A stretch of DNA of 64,000 bases from Nitrospirota bacterium (GCA_963733375.1 CAVTDB010000010.1:30717-94716), one strand, 5' to 3'. Positions 53,742 to 63,886 are shown, counted from the first letter of the stretch. Notes: a model not told the origin generated them from the sequence alone. Program-made: numbers and translations.

Positions 53742-54965
53742 ATGATATACCTCGATAACGCGGCAACGTCGCATCCAAAGCCCGAATCCGTCTACAGGCA
53801 GATCGACTTCGTCCTCAGGAACTACTCCGCCAACCCGGGCCGCTCCGGCCACAGGATGGCCATAGAGGCGAACCGGGTAATCTTCGAGGGCAGGGAAAAC
53901 GTCGCCCGCCTGTTTAACATCAGGCACCCGGAGAGGATAATCTTTACCTGCAACGCCACGGCCGCTTTGAACCTCGCATTGAAGGGCATCCTTCAGCCGG
54001 GCGACCACTGCATCACGTCCAACATGGAGCATAACTCCATAGTCAGGCCGCTGAAGTTCCTCTCCCAGCAGGGCGTGAACGTACACGCGGTCCGCGCTTC
54101 CAGGGAGGGGTCAATAGACCCGGATGAGATATCGTACGCCATTAACTGCGAGACCAGGCTTATAGCCGTAACCCACGCCTCAAACGTCATAGGCACGATT
54201 ACGCCTATAACTGAGATTATAAAGGCCGCCCACGACAAGGAAGTACCCGTACTTATCGACGCCGCCCAGACCGCGGGCTCCGTCCCCATCGATGTCGAGG
54301 CGCTTGGAGTGGACCTGCTCGCCTGTCCGGGGCACAAGGGGCTTTTCGGCCCGCAAGGGACAGGGTTCCTCTACGTATCTCCGAATATAAACTTAAACCC
54401 CACCGTCTTCGGCGGGACCGGCTCGCGCTCCGACCTGGACAGGATGCCGGACTTCCTGCCGGACCGCTACGAGGCGGGGACCTTGAATACTCCCGGTATC
54501 GCGGGACTGGGCGCGGGCGCGGAGTTCATCTATGCGGAGGGCATCGAGACGGTCCGGGCGCACGAGAAGCATATACTCTTCCGGCTGATAGACGGCCTGT
54601 CGGGGATACCGAAGGTAAAAATCTACGGTACTAAAGACATAGAGCGGCGCGCGGCCGTCGTATCGTTCACGATTGAAGGCGTGGACCCGGCGGTCATCGG
54701 GGACAAGCTGGACACCGATTTCGGCATCGCCGTGCGCGTGGGGATACACTGCGCCCCCGACGCCCATAAAGTAATCGGAAGTTACCCCAAGGGCACGGTG
54801 CGGATGAGCCCCGGATATTTCACTGCCCCGGAAGACATAGACCGTGCAATAGAGACTATCGGCGCAATAGCGGGAGACAAAAAAAACTATCACGCCCTGT
54901 CCCTCTCCGCCCCCACCCTGCCCTCCCCCGCGGGCGGCGAGGGTAACGGGAAATGGCCATTATAG
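53742..54965 (+). CDS. Cysteine desulfurase/selenocysteine lyase family (aminotransferase class V)
   Basis: IYLDNAATS.PKP, ANPGRSGH, EHNS, DAAQ, GHKGL.GPQGTG, EAGT.N, R.G.HCAP. Confidence 0.93.
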   Translation: MIYLDNAATSHPKPESVYRQIDFVLRNYSANPGRSGHRMAIEANRVIFEGRENVARLFNIRHPERIIFTCNATAALNLALKGILQPGDHCITSNMEHNSIVRPLKFLSQQGVNVHAVRASREGSIDPDEISYAINCETRLIAVTHASNVIGTITPITEIIKAAHDKEVPVLIDAAQTAGSVPIDVEALGVDLLACPGHKGLFGPQGTGFLYVSPNINLNPTVFGGTGSRSDLDRMPDFLPDRYEAGTLNTPGIAGLGAGAEFIYAEGIETVRAHEKHILFRLIDGLSGIPKVKIYGTKDIERRAAVVSFTIEGVDPAVIGDKLDTDFGIAVRVGIHCAPDAHKVIGSYPKGTVRMSPGYFTAPEDIDRAIETIGAIAGDKKNYHALSLSAPTLPSPAGGEGNGKWPL

Positions 54966-54989
54966 ACGAGGGGTTAAGGGAGGGAGTAT

Positions 54990-55208
54990 ATGGAAGAGCA
55001 ATATAAGATTTTCGTCTTCAAGAGCACCTACCTTACCTTTAAGGCGGAACGGGCGCTGAAGAACGCCGGGCTTACGTGCAAGGTAGTGACAAAGCCCCGC
55101 GACATAAGCTCCGACTGCGGGCTTGCCATCCGGGTAAGCGCGGCGGACGAGCCCACGGTCTCCGGGGTCATGAGCAATTCCGGGATCGCGAGCCTGGGAG
55201 TGTGGTAA
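54990..55208 (+). CDS. DUF3343 family putative S/Se carrier
   Basis: F.ST....KAE..LK, PRDISSDCGLAIR. Confidence 0.85.
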   Translation: MEEQYKIFVFKSTYLTFKAERALKNAGLTCKVVTKPRDISSDCGLAIRVSAADEPTVSGVMSNSGIASLGVW

Positions 55209-55230
55209 TTCCTGAATCAGGGTATATTTT

Positions 55231-55623
55231 GCTCAAAGCCGTCCTGTAAGCCGAATTCTGTATCCGGGGAATAAGCCCCGGACGGCGGCCATTCCTCTGG
55301 GACGCGGATTACTCCGAGCCTCAAGCGGCCTGACCCGGGGACATCGGGCGGGCAGCCCTTATCGTCCCCCTATTTGGCCTTGCTCCGGGTGGGGTTTGCC
55401 ATGCCTTGGACGTCGCCGCCCAAGCGGTGAGCTCTTACCTCGCCGTTTCACCCTTACTCCCCTGATCGGAAGCGGTCTCTCTCTGTTGCACTTTCCGTGG
55501 GGTCAGCCCCCCTGGACGTTATCCAGCACCCTGCCCTGCGGAGTTCGGACTTTCCTCTGAAGTCTCCACCTCCCAAGGGGTGGGAATAAATAAGCAACAG
55601 CGGCCGCCCGGACGGCTTTGAGC
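55231..55623 (-). ncRNA. rnpB: RNase P RNA (type A)
   Basis: Minus strand GAGGAAAGTCCGAACTCCGCAGGGCAGGGTGC...ACAGAATTCGGCTTAC; P1 helix GCTCAAAGCCGTCC/GGACGGCTTTGAGC. Confidence 0.97.
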
Positions 55624-55665
55624 TAACTGATTATATAATATACAGAGAATTTTGGGAAGGGATAG

Positions 55666-56304
55666 TTAGGAGGTTATTTTTTTATCTATCGCTTCGTTCG
55701 CCAGGGCGTCGGCGTGGGCGTTTTTGGCGCGCGGGATGTGGGTGATGCGGAATTTCTTGAGGCCGGAGGTAAGCTTTTTCGCCTCCGTATAAAGCGGCAG
55801 CAGCAGTGGGTGCTTTACCTTGTACTCGCCCTTCATCTGCTTGACTAAAAGCTCGGAATCGGCGAATACGGAAATATCCTCCGCGCCCATCTCACGGCAG
55901 ACCTGGAGGCCTATCAGAAGGGCCGTATATTCCGCCTGGTTGTTGGTGGCCTTTCCCAGGTAGCGCCTTATTTCCCTTAATCTATTGCCGGAGGAGTCTT
56001 CGATCAGCACGCCGATGCCGGCCTCGCCGGGGTTGCCCCTTGACGCGCCGTCGGTGAAGATGCGAAGCGCGCGCGCTTCTGTCCGCGGGAGCAAACGGAA
56101 AACCTTCCTGCTCGGCGCCTCCCCGCTCCCGCAAGCGGGTTGCTTCCCCTTCGGCCCGGGCGCGAGTTCGCCATCTCCCACCGCCCCGGCCGCCTCCATA
56201 AGGAGCGCCCGCAGGCCCTCTTTACCGACCTCCGGATGCTCCTTCATCACCGCCCGGAAAGACAGCGTCCCGGCCAGGAGCCTGAGCGCCTCGGACTTCT
56301 TCAC
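55666..56304 (-). CDS. Ribonuclease HI family protein
   Basis: FTDGASRGNPG, ATNNQAEY, DSELLV.Q..G.YKVK, N..AD.LAN. Confidence 0.92.
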   Translation of the reverse strand: MKKSEALRLLAGTLSFRAVMKEHPEVGKEGLRALLMEAAGAVGDGELAPGPKGKQPACGSGEAPSRKVFRLLPRTEARALRIFTDGASRGNPGEAGIGVLIEDSSGNRLREIRRYLGKATNNQAEYTALLIGLQVCREMGAEDISVFADSELLVKQMKGEYKVKHPLLLPLYTEAKKLTSGLKKFRITHIPRAKNAHADALANEAIDKKITS

Positions 56305-57053
56305 CCGGCGGCCTCTTCCGGGGCCGCTTCCTTTACGGCCTCTTTGACTTCTTCTTTATAGAAGAGGATGCGGCGGCAGTTGTTGCATTTTATTATGCTC
56401 TCGCCCTTTCTGACGTTGTTGTACATCTGCGGCGGGATCATCATCCTGCATCCGGTGCATGCGGTGTTCGCAGCCTCGACTACCGCCGATTCGGGATATT
56501 TGTGAAGGAGGTTGTTATAGTATTGGGCGACCGTTTCCGTTACCTTCGGGAAAGTCTCTTCCCGCTTCTTCGTAAGCTCCACTATCTCCTCGTCCCCGGA
56601 TTTGAAACGCCCCTCTATCTCGACTTTGCGCTTGTTAAAACTTTCCTCTTCCTCGTCCGCCAGCTTCTTTTTCTCGACGAGTGCGGCTTCGGCCTGTTCC
56701 ACCTTCTCCATCAGCTGAAGTTCCGCCTCCTCGATTTTCGTTATCTTCTTCTGGCAGTCTTCGATCTCTTTCAAGTGGGCGAAATATTCCTTGTTCGTCT
56801 TTATGTCGGTGGTACGGAGCTTCAGTTTGTTCAGGTGCTCGTTCTCCGCCTGGAGTTCGTCCTCCGCCGCGCGCTTTTCCTTGTTCGCCTGGTCCAGTTC
56901 GGCCTGCGACGCGTCCATGTCCGCCTTTATCTCCCGGAGCGTCTCCCCCGCGTACCCGATGAGCTTGGGGAGCCTTTCCCTGTCCTTCCTGAGTTCGTGC
57001 AGCCGGGCATCGATTACCTGAAGGTCCATCAATAGCTTTAGGTCTTCCAGCAC
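56301..57053 (-). CDS. Coiled-coil C4 zinc-ribbon protein (DUF164/CT398-like)
   Basis: L..LQ..D, coiled coil, CTGCRM.IPPQ, CNNCRRIL. Confidence 0.9.
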   Translation of the reverse strand: MLEDLKLLMDLQVIDARLHELRKDRERLPKLIGYAGETLREIKADMDASQAELDQANKEKRAAEDELQAENEHLNKLKLRTTDIKTNKEYFAHLKEIEDCQKKITKIEEAELQLMEKVEQAEAALVEKKKLADEEEESFNKRKVEIEGRFKSGDEEIVELTKKREETFPKVTETVAQYYNNLLHKYPESAVVEAANTACTGCRMMIPPQMYNNVRKGESIIKCNNCRRILFYKEEVKEAVKEAAPEEAAG

Positions 57054-57115
57054 TTCTTCCTCCGTTTTTTAAAAAACCAAATAAAAAAGCCGGATGGTTT
57101 TTTCCCTCCGGCCGG

Positions 57116-57916
57116 TCAGATATTTTTCCAGGGTGCGATCTGGGTTGTGCAGTTCTCCACGGATATTCCGAGCGCCTTTTCCCTGAACTTCTCCCGGAGC
57201 CTTGCGGCAAGGCGCTCCATGGCCGGGAGTTCCGTCCCCTGATGTCCGGCGTCGATAAGGCAGATGCCCCGCGCCAGCGCCGAAAGCGCCTGGTGGTATT
57301 TCACGTCCCCGGTAATAAAGGCGTCCGCGCCCGAGTCCGCCGCAAGTTCCAGTAAATCGGCCCCGCTTCCGCCGCAGAGGGCGACAGCATGTATTTTCCT
57401 GCTCGGCTCCCCGGTCAGCCTTACTTCTTCAAGAGAGAGCGCCTTCTTTACCCTCTCGGCAAGCGCTTTTGCGGTAATCGGCTTTTTTAAGCTCCCGATC
57501 CTTCCGAAGCCTTCGTCCCGGTTGCCTTCCATCGGCTCCAGCGGCCGCGTACCCAAAAGCCCCAGCCTCTCGGCCAGGAAATCGTTCAGGCCGCCTGAAG
57601 CCCTGTCGAAGCTGGTATGCGCGGCATAGACAGCGATTTTATTTTTTATGGATGTGGTTACGGCCAGGCCGTTGCCTCTGGAGAGGTCGAGCGATTTTAT
57701 GGGGTCGAAAAAGAGCGGGTGGTGCGTGACTACTAAGTTTATCTTTTTTCCCGCCGCCTCCCGCAATACTTCCGGGAGCGGGTCCAGCGCGATCATCACT
57801 TTCTTGACCTCCCACTCCGGGTCTCCTAACTGGAGTCCGGTATTGTCCCACTGGGCAGCAAGTGCAGGCGGGAACATCTCTTCTATTTGCTGGATTACTT
57901 CTTTTAACTTCGGCAT
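57116..57916 (-). CDS. Nif3-like dinuclear metal centre protein
   Basis: WDNTGLQLG, THHPL.F, AHTSFD, CGGSG, TGDVKYH, DAGH..TE. Confidence 0.93.
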   Translation of the reverse strand: MPKLKEVIQQIEEMFPPALAAQWDNTGLQLGDPEWEVKKVMIALDPLPEVLREAAGKKINLVVTHHPLFFDPIKSLDLSRGNGLAVTTSIKNKIAVYAAHTSFDRASGGLNDFLAERLGLLGTRPLEPMEGNRDEGFGRIGSLKKPITAKALAERVKKALSLEEVRLTGEPSRKIHAVALCGGSGADLLELAADSGADAFITGDVKYHQALSALARGICLIDAGHQGTELPAMERLAARLREKFREKALGISVENCTTQIAPWKNI

Positions 57917-57934
57917 CGCCTCAAAAAAGGAGGG

Positions 57935-58010
57935 TGGTGGGCCCGCCAGGATTCGAACCTGGGACAATCCGGTTATGAGCCGGGGGCTCTACCAACTGAG
58001 CTACGGGCCC
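57935..58010 (-). tRNA. tRNA with CAT anticodon (probably Ile2, possibly Met)
   Basis: GGGCCCGTAGCTCAGTTGGTAGAGCCCCCGGCTCATAACCGGATTGTCCCAGGTTCGAATCCTGGCGGGCCCACCA. Confidence 0.93.
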
Positions 58011-58180
58011 TAAAAAAGGAATAACTATATTGCCTTAATCCACGGCAGGTTGTCAAGACGAAAAATTCCCGTCCGTTGCCTTATTATTATACTTCAAGTT
58101 CGCGGTATCGCAAGCGGGGGGCCAAAAAATGCTTTGTGGGCGCCGTGGATTTATATTATACTGAATTTTTCACTTTATTT

Positions 58181-58280
58181 TTACTTTCTTTTCGGGTGAA
58201 AAGAAAGTAACAAAGAAAAGCCGGATTTAAATTCCCGCTTTCTTTTGGTTACTTTTCTTTCACGTGAAAGAGAAAGTAAC
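58181..58280. repeat. ~100-bp modular palindromic repeat (A + inverted A)
   Basis: ttactttcttttcgggtgaaaagaaagtaac...gttacttttctttcacgtgaaagagaaagtaac. Confidence 0.8.
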
Positions 58281-58302
58281 GACTTTAAGGAGAACTATCG
58301 GG

Positions 58303-59792
58303 ATGGAAAATGTACGCGTCCGTTTCGCCCCCTCGCCTACCGGGTTTCTGCATATCGGCGGGGTGAGGACCGCGCTTTTTAACTGGCTCTACGCCAGGCA
58401 CTACGGCGGCACGTTTATCCTTCGCATCGAGGACACCGACCAGACCCGCTCCACGGACGAGTCCATACAGGCGATTCTGCAGGGGATGGAGTGGTGCGGG
58501 ATGGACTGGGACGAGGGGCCGGGCAACCCAGGGCCGCACGGGCCGTACCGCCAGACGGAGCGCATGGCGCTCTACCGCGAGCACGTCGAGAAGCTCCTTG
58601 CTTCCGGGCGCGCCTATAAATGCTACTGCACGCCCGAGGAGCTGGAAGGGCGCAGGAAGGCCGCCCTGGCCGAGGGCCGTCCGCCGAAGTACGACCGGCG
58701 CTGCCTGGAGCTTTCGACCCCGCCTCCGGGCAGGCAGGCGGTGATACGGTTCAAGGCGGAGTTGGAGGGAAAAACGGTGGTCGAAGACCTCATCAAGGGA
58801 GAGGTCGTCTTCGACAACTCCGTCCTCGACGACTTAATCATCATGCGCTCGGACGGATGGCCGACTTATAACTTCGCCGTCGTCGTCGATGACGCCACCA
58901 TGGGGATAACCCACGTGCTGCGGGGCGACGACCACCTGAACAACACCCCGCGCCAGATGCAGATGTACGACGCCCTGGGATACGCCCTGCCGAAGTTCGG
59001 GCACCTTTCCATGATATTGGGGCCGGACAAGGCCCGCCTCAGCAAGCGCCACGGCGCGACCTCCATAATGCAGTACAAGGAGATGGGCTACCTGCCGGAG
59101 GCGATGGTGAACTACCTTGTCCGCCTGGGTTGGTCGTTCGGAGACCAGGAGATATTTACCATTAGACGATATGATAAAAAATTTCTCTCTGGACACCGTC
59201 TCCTCATCCGCCGCGATATTCAATCCGGACAAGCTGAAATGGATTAACCACCACTGGATAAACGATAAATCTCCGCGTGAGATCGCGAAACTCCTTCTGC
59301 CGATACTGGCGGAGATGGATTTAGCGCCGCCCGAAGTCGTTACGGAGATGCGCGAGGGCCGGTACGGGACGGACGCGAGAGACGACCTGTGGAGCCTGGA
59401 CAGGCTTGAGAAGGTAGTCCTGGCCCAGCGTGAGAAGAGCCATACGTTAGTCGAGATGGCGGAGCTGTCGAAATATTTCTTTGTCGAGGAAATCGAGATG
59501 GACCCCAAATCTGCGGAGAAGTTCCTGACGGTTGAGACAAAGCCGGTGCTGGAGCGGCTTGTCTCGCTGTTGGAGGAGCTTCCCGCTTTCGACCACGAAG
59601 CGCTGGAGAAGGTTTTCCACCAGGTGATGGAAGAGACCGGGCTCAAAATGGGGAAGGTGGCCCAGCCCGTGCGTGTCGCAATCACCGGCGGGACGGTAAG
59701 CCCCGGCATTTACGAGACGCTGGATATTCTGGGCAAGGAGACGAGCCTGAAAAGGATGAGGGACGGCAATCGCGCATATTGCGGCGAAATAA
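58303..59792 (+). CDS. gltX: Glutamate-tRNA ligase (apparent frameshifts)
   Basis: [42 protein letters not shown]. Confidence 0.96.
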
Positions 59793-59999
59793 ACGTCAGG
59801 CGTGCAAAAAAAAGGAGCGGCATGTTTATTTGCACCGTCGTCTCCTGCATAGATGACGGTGCCGCCTCCAATGCCGCTCCCTTAAGATAAACATATATCC
59901 CGTTGGGAAAACCGTCAATCTTTTATAATCATAATAACTTAAGTTAGCGAGGGGCCGGGAGGCATGCCCGTATCAAGCAGGGCCTTAAGAAGAATGGCC

Positions 60000-60029
60000 T
60001 TGACAGAAAGCTTTCGTCTTAGGTAATAT
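60000..60029 (+). promoter_or_regulatory. Sigma-70-like promoter of tRNA-Gln
   Basis: TTGACA-N18-TAATAT 12 bp before the tRNA. Confidence 0.55.
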
Positions 60030-60041
60030 AGCGGCTCGTAT

Positions 60042-60115
60042 TGGGGGATCGTCTAATGGTAGGACAGCAGTCTCTGGATCTGCCTATCGGGGTTCGAGTC
60101 CCTGTCCCCCAGCCA
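60042..60115 (+). tRNA. tRNA-Gln(CTG)
   Basis: TGGGGGATCGTCTAATGGTAGGACAGCAGTCTCTGGATCTGCCTATCGGGGTTCGAGTCCCTGTCCCCCAGCCA. Confidence 0.95.
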
Positions 60116-60368
60116 AAAATACACCGAATAATCAATCGGTTGCAACTGTAGAGTGAGGGACTTTCGCAAAGTAAACGGAAGTCTCTCCCCTCTGCGCCCC
60201 TTATTTGAAGTCTTCCCCGAAGTACCCCCTGATCTTTTCCTTGTCATCCCCGACGCCTTGATGTGGCTCCCGCAGACCTCGAAGGCCGCTTGTGTATGCC
60301 CGAAGCGCTTGATGAGGTTCATGAAATAAACAGGATTTGATTTACATGACTGCAGCAGTTATGGTAAT

Positions 60369-61130
60369 ATGCAAAATATTATGAAGAAAACGCATTTATC
60401 AAAAAAAGATTTCGAAACGCTTCTGGACCTCATCCATCTTTCCCTTTCCTGCGATAATGAAGCAGCTTTAAAAGATTTTATTTTCAAACTTGCCAAGTTC
60501 CTTCCTCACAATTTCGCGACTTGCGTCTTTGGAAATATCGACAGTGAAGGCATGAAAATTCCATACCATCATTTAAATGTAAATTACCCGGACGAATGGT
60601 CTAAGATATATGCCGAGAAAGAATTACATACTGTTGACCCTATCTTTAAAGAACATTTCGCTACTTTTGAAATGCAATACTGGGAAGATACCTATAAAAA
60701 ACACAAAACCCCTAAAAGTTTTCTTTCCCTATCTCAGGATTTTGGACTGCTCGAAGGATATACTTTCGGCTTACGGAATATAAATAAGACAAAGGGGAGC
60801 CTTATTTCAATATCCGGAAACGACCTTGAACGTAATCCGCGCACCGAATATATCTTACATCATATAGTACCCCACATTCACCAGATGATGGAGAGAATCA
60901 TCTGGCAAAATAAAAAACAAAATTATTGCCGCAAACTTTCTCCCAGAGAAACAGAGGTCCTGAAATGGATTTCCCATGGAAAGACAGACTGGGAAATATC
61001 CGTGATTTTAGGCATCAGCGTTAAAACGGTTAACCTTTATGTGTCCACTTTAATGGCTAAACTGGATGCTGCCAGCCGTACTCATGCCACCGCCATTGCG
61101 CTTGATTTAGGGCTCATCGAATTTGATTGA
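60369..61130 (+). CDS. LuxR family AHL receptor
   Basis: NYPDEW..IY, DP, W, FGL..G; HTH LSPRETEVLKW..HGKTDWEIS.ILGIS. Confidence 0.93.
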   Translation: MQNIMKKTHLSKKDFETLLDLIHLSLSCDNEAALKDFIFKLAKFLPHNFATCVFGNIDSEGMKIPYHHLNVNYPDEWSKIYAEKELHTVDPIFKEHFATFEMQYWEDTYKKHKTPKSFLSLSQDFGLLEGYTFGLRNINKTKGSLISISGNDLERNPRTEYILHHIVPHIHQMMERIIWQNKKQNYCRKLSPRETEVLKWISHGKTDWEISVILGISVKTVNLYVSTLMAKLDAASRTHATAIALDLGLIEFD

Positions 61131-61137
61131 CGGAACC

Positions 61138-61234
61138 TTGACAAATGATATAAGCTATATTTCACAAATGATATAAGCTATATTTGATAAATTATATAAG
61201 CTATACTTGACAAATGATATAAGCTATACTTGAC
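61138..61234. repeat. Four tandem 23-bp direct repeats
   Basis: ttgacaaatgatataagctatat / ttcacaaatgatataagctatat / ttgataaattatataagctatac / ttgacaaatgatataagctatac / ttgac. Confidence 0.95.
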
Positions 61235-61321
61235 TCATAAAGGAAAGTGGATTCTTTCGTTATTCTTATTTTAAACAGTGGAGCTACTCTCAACTAGAGT
61301 GTGCTTTTTTTAAAAGGGTTT

Positions 61322-62089
61322 ATGGCTCACTATACCGAAAAATTACTTAAGAACTTGTTCTCGAAATATGATTCCGACATGACTTTAAGCCTTATTTCGG
61401 AATCTCTTTCCTGTGCTACCGAAGAAGATTTTAAAAAATTAGCAAGAATGTCACAGAAAATCATTCCTTTCGATTACATGACCTCCGGCATCGGCTTAAT
61501 CGGCCCAAATGGTGTAAGTGATAATTTTGGACTTATAAACGTTAGTTATCCACAAGAGTGGATGGCTTTGTATCTTGAAAAAGGGTTTAATAAATTAGAC
61601 CCTCTGGTTTTTTTTAACTTTACTCAATTTAAATTACAAGTTTGGGAGAAGACATATAAATTATGTGCGCCTCCCAAAAAACTACTTCATTTTGCCTCGG
61701 ATTTCGGACTAAAGAACGGATATACACATGGAGTGCGAAATCATAAAACGACTGAGGGGAGTCTCTTTTCTTTTGCAGGAGACTATCTTGAATATTCCGA
61801 GAGAGAGCAAATAGCGCTCGAAATAATCATGCCGCACCTGCATCTTGCCTTAAGTAGAGTATTAAAGATAGCTCCTCCCAAGCTGTACAAAAAATTGACC
61901 GCACGCGAGATGGAAATTCTGAAATGGGCTGCCTGTGGAAAAACGTCCTGGGACACCTCCTTAATATTAGGAATCGGTGTTGAAACCGTTAAACAGCATA
62001 TGAAAAATATCAGGCGGAAACTTGATGTAGTTTCGAAAAGTCAAGCTGTTGCTGTGGCTTTTGAGCAGAAGTTGATGGATATCCCCTAA
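61322..62089 (+). CDS. LuxR family AHL receptor (second copy)
   Basis: SYPQEW..LY, DP, W, FGL..GYT; HTH LTAREMEILKW..CGKTSWD.S.ILGI. Confidence 0.93.
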   Translation: MAHYTEKLLKNLFSKYDSDMTLSLISESLSCATEEDFKKLARMSQKIIPFDYMTSGIGLIGPNGVSDNFGLINVSYPQEWMALYLEKGFNKLDPLVFFNFTQFKLQVWEKTYKLCAPPKKLLHFASDFGLKNGYTHGVRNHKTTEGSLFSFAGDYLEYSEREQIALEIIMPHLHLALSRVLKIAPPKLYKKLTAREMEILKWAACGKTSWDTSLILGIGVETVKQHMKNIRRKLDVVSKSQAVAVAFEQKLMDIP

Positions 62090-62760
62090 ACCATTCAGCC
62101 AGACCAGGTCTTTTCACCGAATTAACCTCTTCAAAGTTTCTCCAATCAATTATTGCCGCCACGGCTTTGACTCCGTCCGGCATTACTACTGGTTCGCCAA
62201 TTTTATTACAAATTAGGCCCTGGGCATTTAGAAGCCTGAATATTTTGTATTCGACTACTAAGTAGAGGAACCTCACTTTGTTGGCAATACACCAATGATA
62301 AACAACCTTATACAAAAACATCGACATTCCAAAGACCCCTAAATCGTTTCTTATGAAATTCCTCCTGGCGTCTGGCTCTATGCATAATCTGGTTATTTCC
62401 GCCGTATCCGACTCCTTCCTTAAATTATGATCCGCTCCTACAAGCATTGGGAAAACTTTTTCCAGCATAAAAGGATGCACGGTCGATATTAAACGCAAAT
62501 AGGCCTCAAGACGATTGTCAGCGAATACTCCAAAGGGTACGGAGGATATATCATATTCATCGATTTCCAAGTCATCAATCGGCTTCACCCAACCTAGCTC
62601 GTCCGAGAATACTTTCTTTCTTAATTTGAAAGACTGGTAAATCTCGTGGTCATTTGTCAAATCCTTAGCGGTATAGCGCCCTTCTTCGAGAGAAACCGAG
62701 ATGTTTTCTTCTGCCTTAGTCGGTCTGTAAATACCAGAAAGCATTTCTTTCGTTAACATG
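62010..62760 (-). CDS. LuxI family acyl-homoserine-lactone synthase
   Basis: LRKKVFSDELGW, EIDEYD, YLRL, FMLEKVFP, AEITRLCI; RBS GGAGG before ATG 62760. Confidence 0.92.
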
Positions 62761-62816
62761 GCCACCTCCAAATAATAGGGTTATATTTGGCAGGATAACC
62801 TGAAAAAGTTTCTTAA

Positions 62817-62841
62817 TATATCCCCCCAAAGAGGGATATAA
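62817..62841. promoter_or_regulatory. Palindrome upstream of luxI; candidate lux-box-like site
   Basis: TATATCCC-N9-GGGATATA about 57-81 bp upstream of the luxI start. Confidence 0.5.
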
Positions 62842-62909
62842 AGACGGAAGATTTTGAGGTAAAAGATTACGGTCAGGTTTTTACCACACCTAAACGTGAC
62901 AGGGGAAAA

Positions 62910-63605
62910 ATGGAAACAGAAGCGATTGGACCAGCAAAATATCAAAGATTATTAAAGGAAAAATTTGTTAAAGTTGGACTTGAAGATTTTTTTGATCACG
63001 AAGTTCTGAAGTTACTCTTCTCATACTCCAGGCCGAAAAAAGAAAGTAGGTGGTTGGCAGAATCGCTCATGGAGCATTATTACAGTTTTAAGAATATTAT
63101 AGATGTTCCGTTGGGAGAGCTTGTGTCTTATCCTGGCATGGATGGACACTCGGCGATATTACTCAAATTTATAAAAGAAGGCTCCCAATTTTACTTAAAA
63201 GATAAAATAAAGAAGCAAAATGCCATCCTTCAATGGAAAGACATTATTTCATATTGTCGTTTTAGTATGGAAGGTTTGAAGAATGAACATTTTAAAGTTA
63301 TCTTTTTAGATAACAGAAATTCAGTCTGCGGAATTGAAACCATGTATGAAGGAACTATTGATCAGGCTATTATTTATCCGAGGTCATTGATTAAGAAAGC
63401 CTTAGATTATAATGCGAGCAACTTGGTAATTGCTCATAATCATCCATCCGGCGACCCTGCCCCTTCCTCGCAAGATGTAGCGATTACTGAAGAGCTTTTT
63501 CGTGCAACAAAAAGTGTTGACATAGAGATACAAGATCATTTGATTATTGGATTCAATAAATATTTCAGCTTTCGTGATTCGGGTTTATTGTTTCATATGG
63601 AATAA
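62910..63605 (+). CDS. radC: RadC family (JAB domain) protein
   Basis: E.F.VIFLD..N, GTIDQA.IYPR, AHNHPSGD..PS.QD, DHLIIG, SFRDSGLL. Confidence 0.9.
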   Translation: METEAIGPAKYQRLLKEKFVKVGLEDFFDHEVLKLLFSYSRPKKESRWLAESLMEHYYSFKNIIDVPLGELVSYPGMDGHSAILLKFIKEGSQFYLKDKIKKQNAILQWKDIISYCRFSMEGLKNEHFKVIFLDNRNSVCGIETMYEGTIDQAIIYPRSLIKKALDYNASNLVIAHNHPSGDPAPSSQDVAITEELFRATKSVDIEIQDHLIIGFNKYFSFRDSGLLFHME

Positions 63606-63658
63606 GCGTTTTAATAGGGGTGTTTGAGAGGCTCGACGCGGAAATAAAGAGGGGCAAA

Positions 63659-63886
63659 ATGAAAAATAAACTATTAAAAGGAACGGGGTTCGGCATCCTA
63701 TTCAGCCTGCCGTTGTGGGCGTTGATTATAATGATTGCGTTCATCTCTATTACCTGGATGCAAGGAAGCGGTAAGCCTGCCAATGTGGTCTTCACGGGCA
63801 AGCCTGCGGCTCCACCAAGCGTGCGAGCGGCTTTACAGTCGCCGCCCAAACTCGCCGCTAAGCCGCCTCAGTTCATATATAAATGA
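63659..63886 (+). CDS. Small membrane hypothetical protein
   Basis: G..FGILFSLPLW TM segment; RBS GAGGGG. Confidence 0.5.
   Translation: MKNKLLKGTGFGILFSLPLWALIIMIAFISITWMQGSGKPANVVFTGKPAAPPSVRAALQSPPKLAAKPPQFIYK

Noticed and set aside
39564-55208. Selenocysteine (in-frame TGA) readthrough in the Se-associated cluster
   Set aside because: The breaks I examined are frameshifts rather than in-frame TGA, and candidate positions (NNCGP, GGCNIG, GCP) use Cys codons.
57917-57967. N-terminal extension of the Nif3 ORF
   Set aside because: Overlaps the tRNA(CAT); the real start is ATG 57916.
60053-60322. 89-aa ORF as an integrase remnant
   Set aside because: It runs antisense through tRNA-Gln and shows no recognisable tyrosine-recombinase residues.
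61138-61234. CRISPR array from 23-bp repeats
   Set aside because: No spacers.
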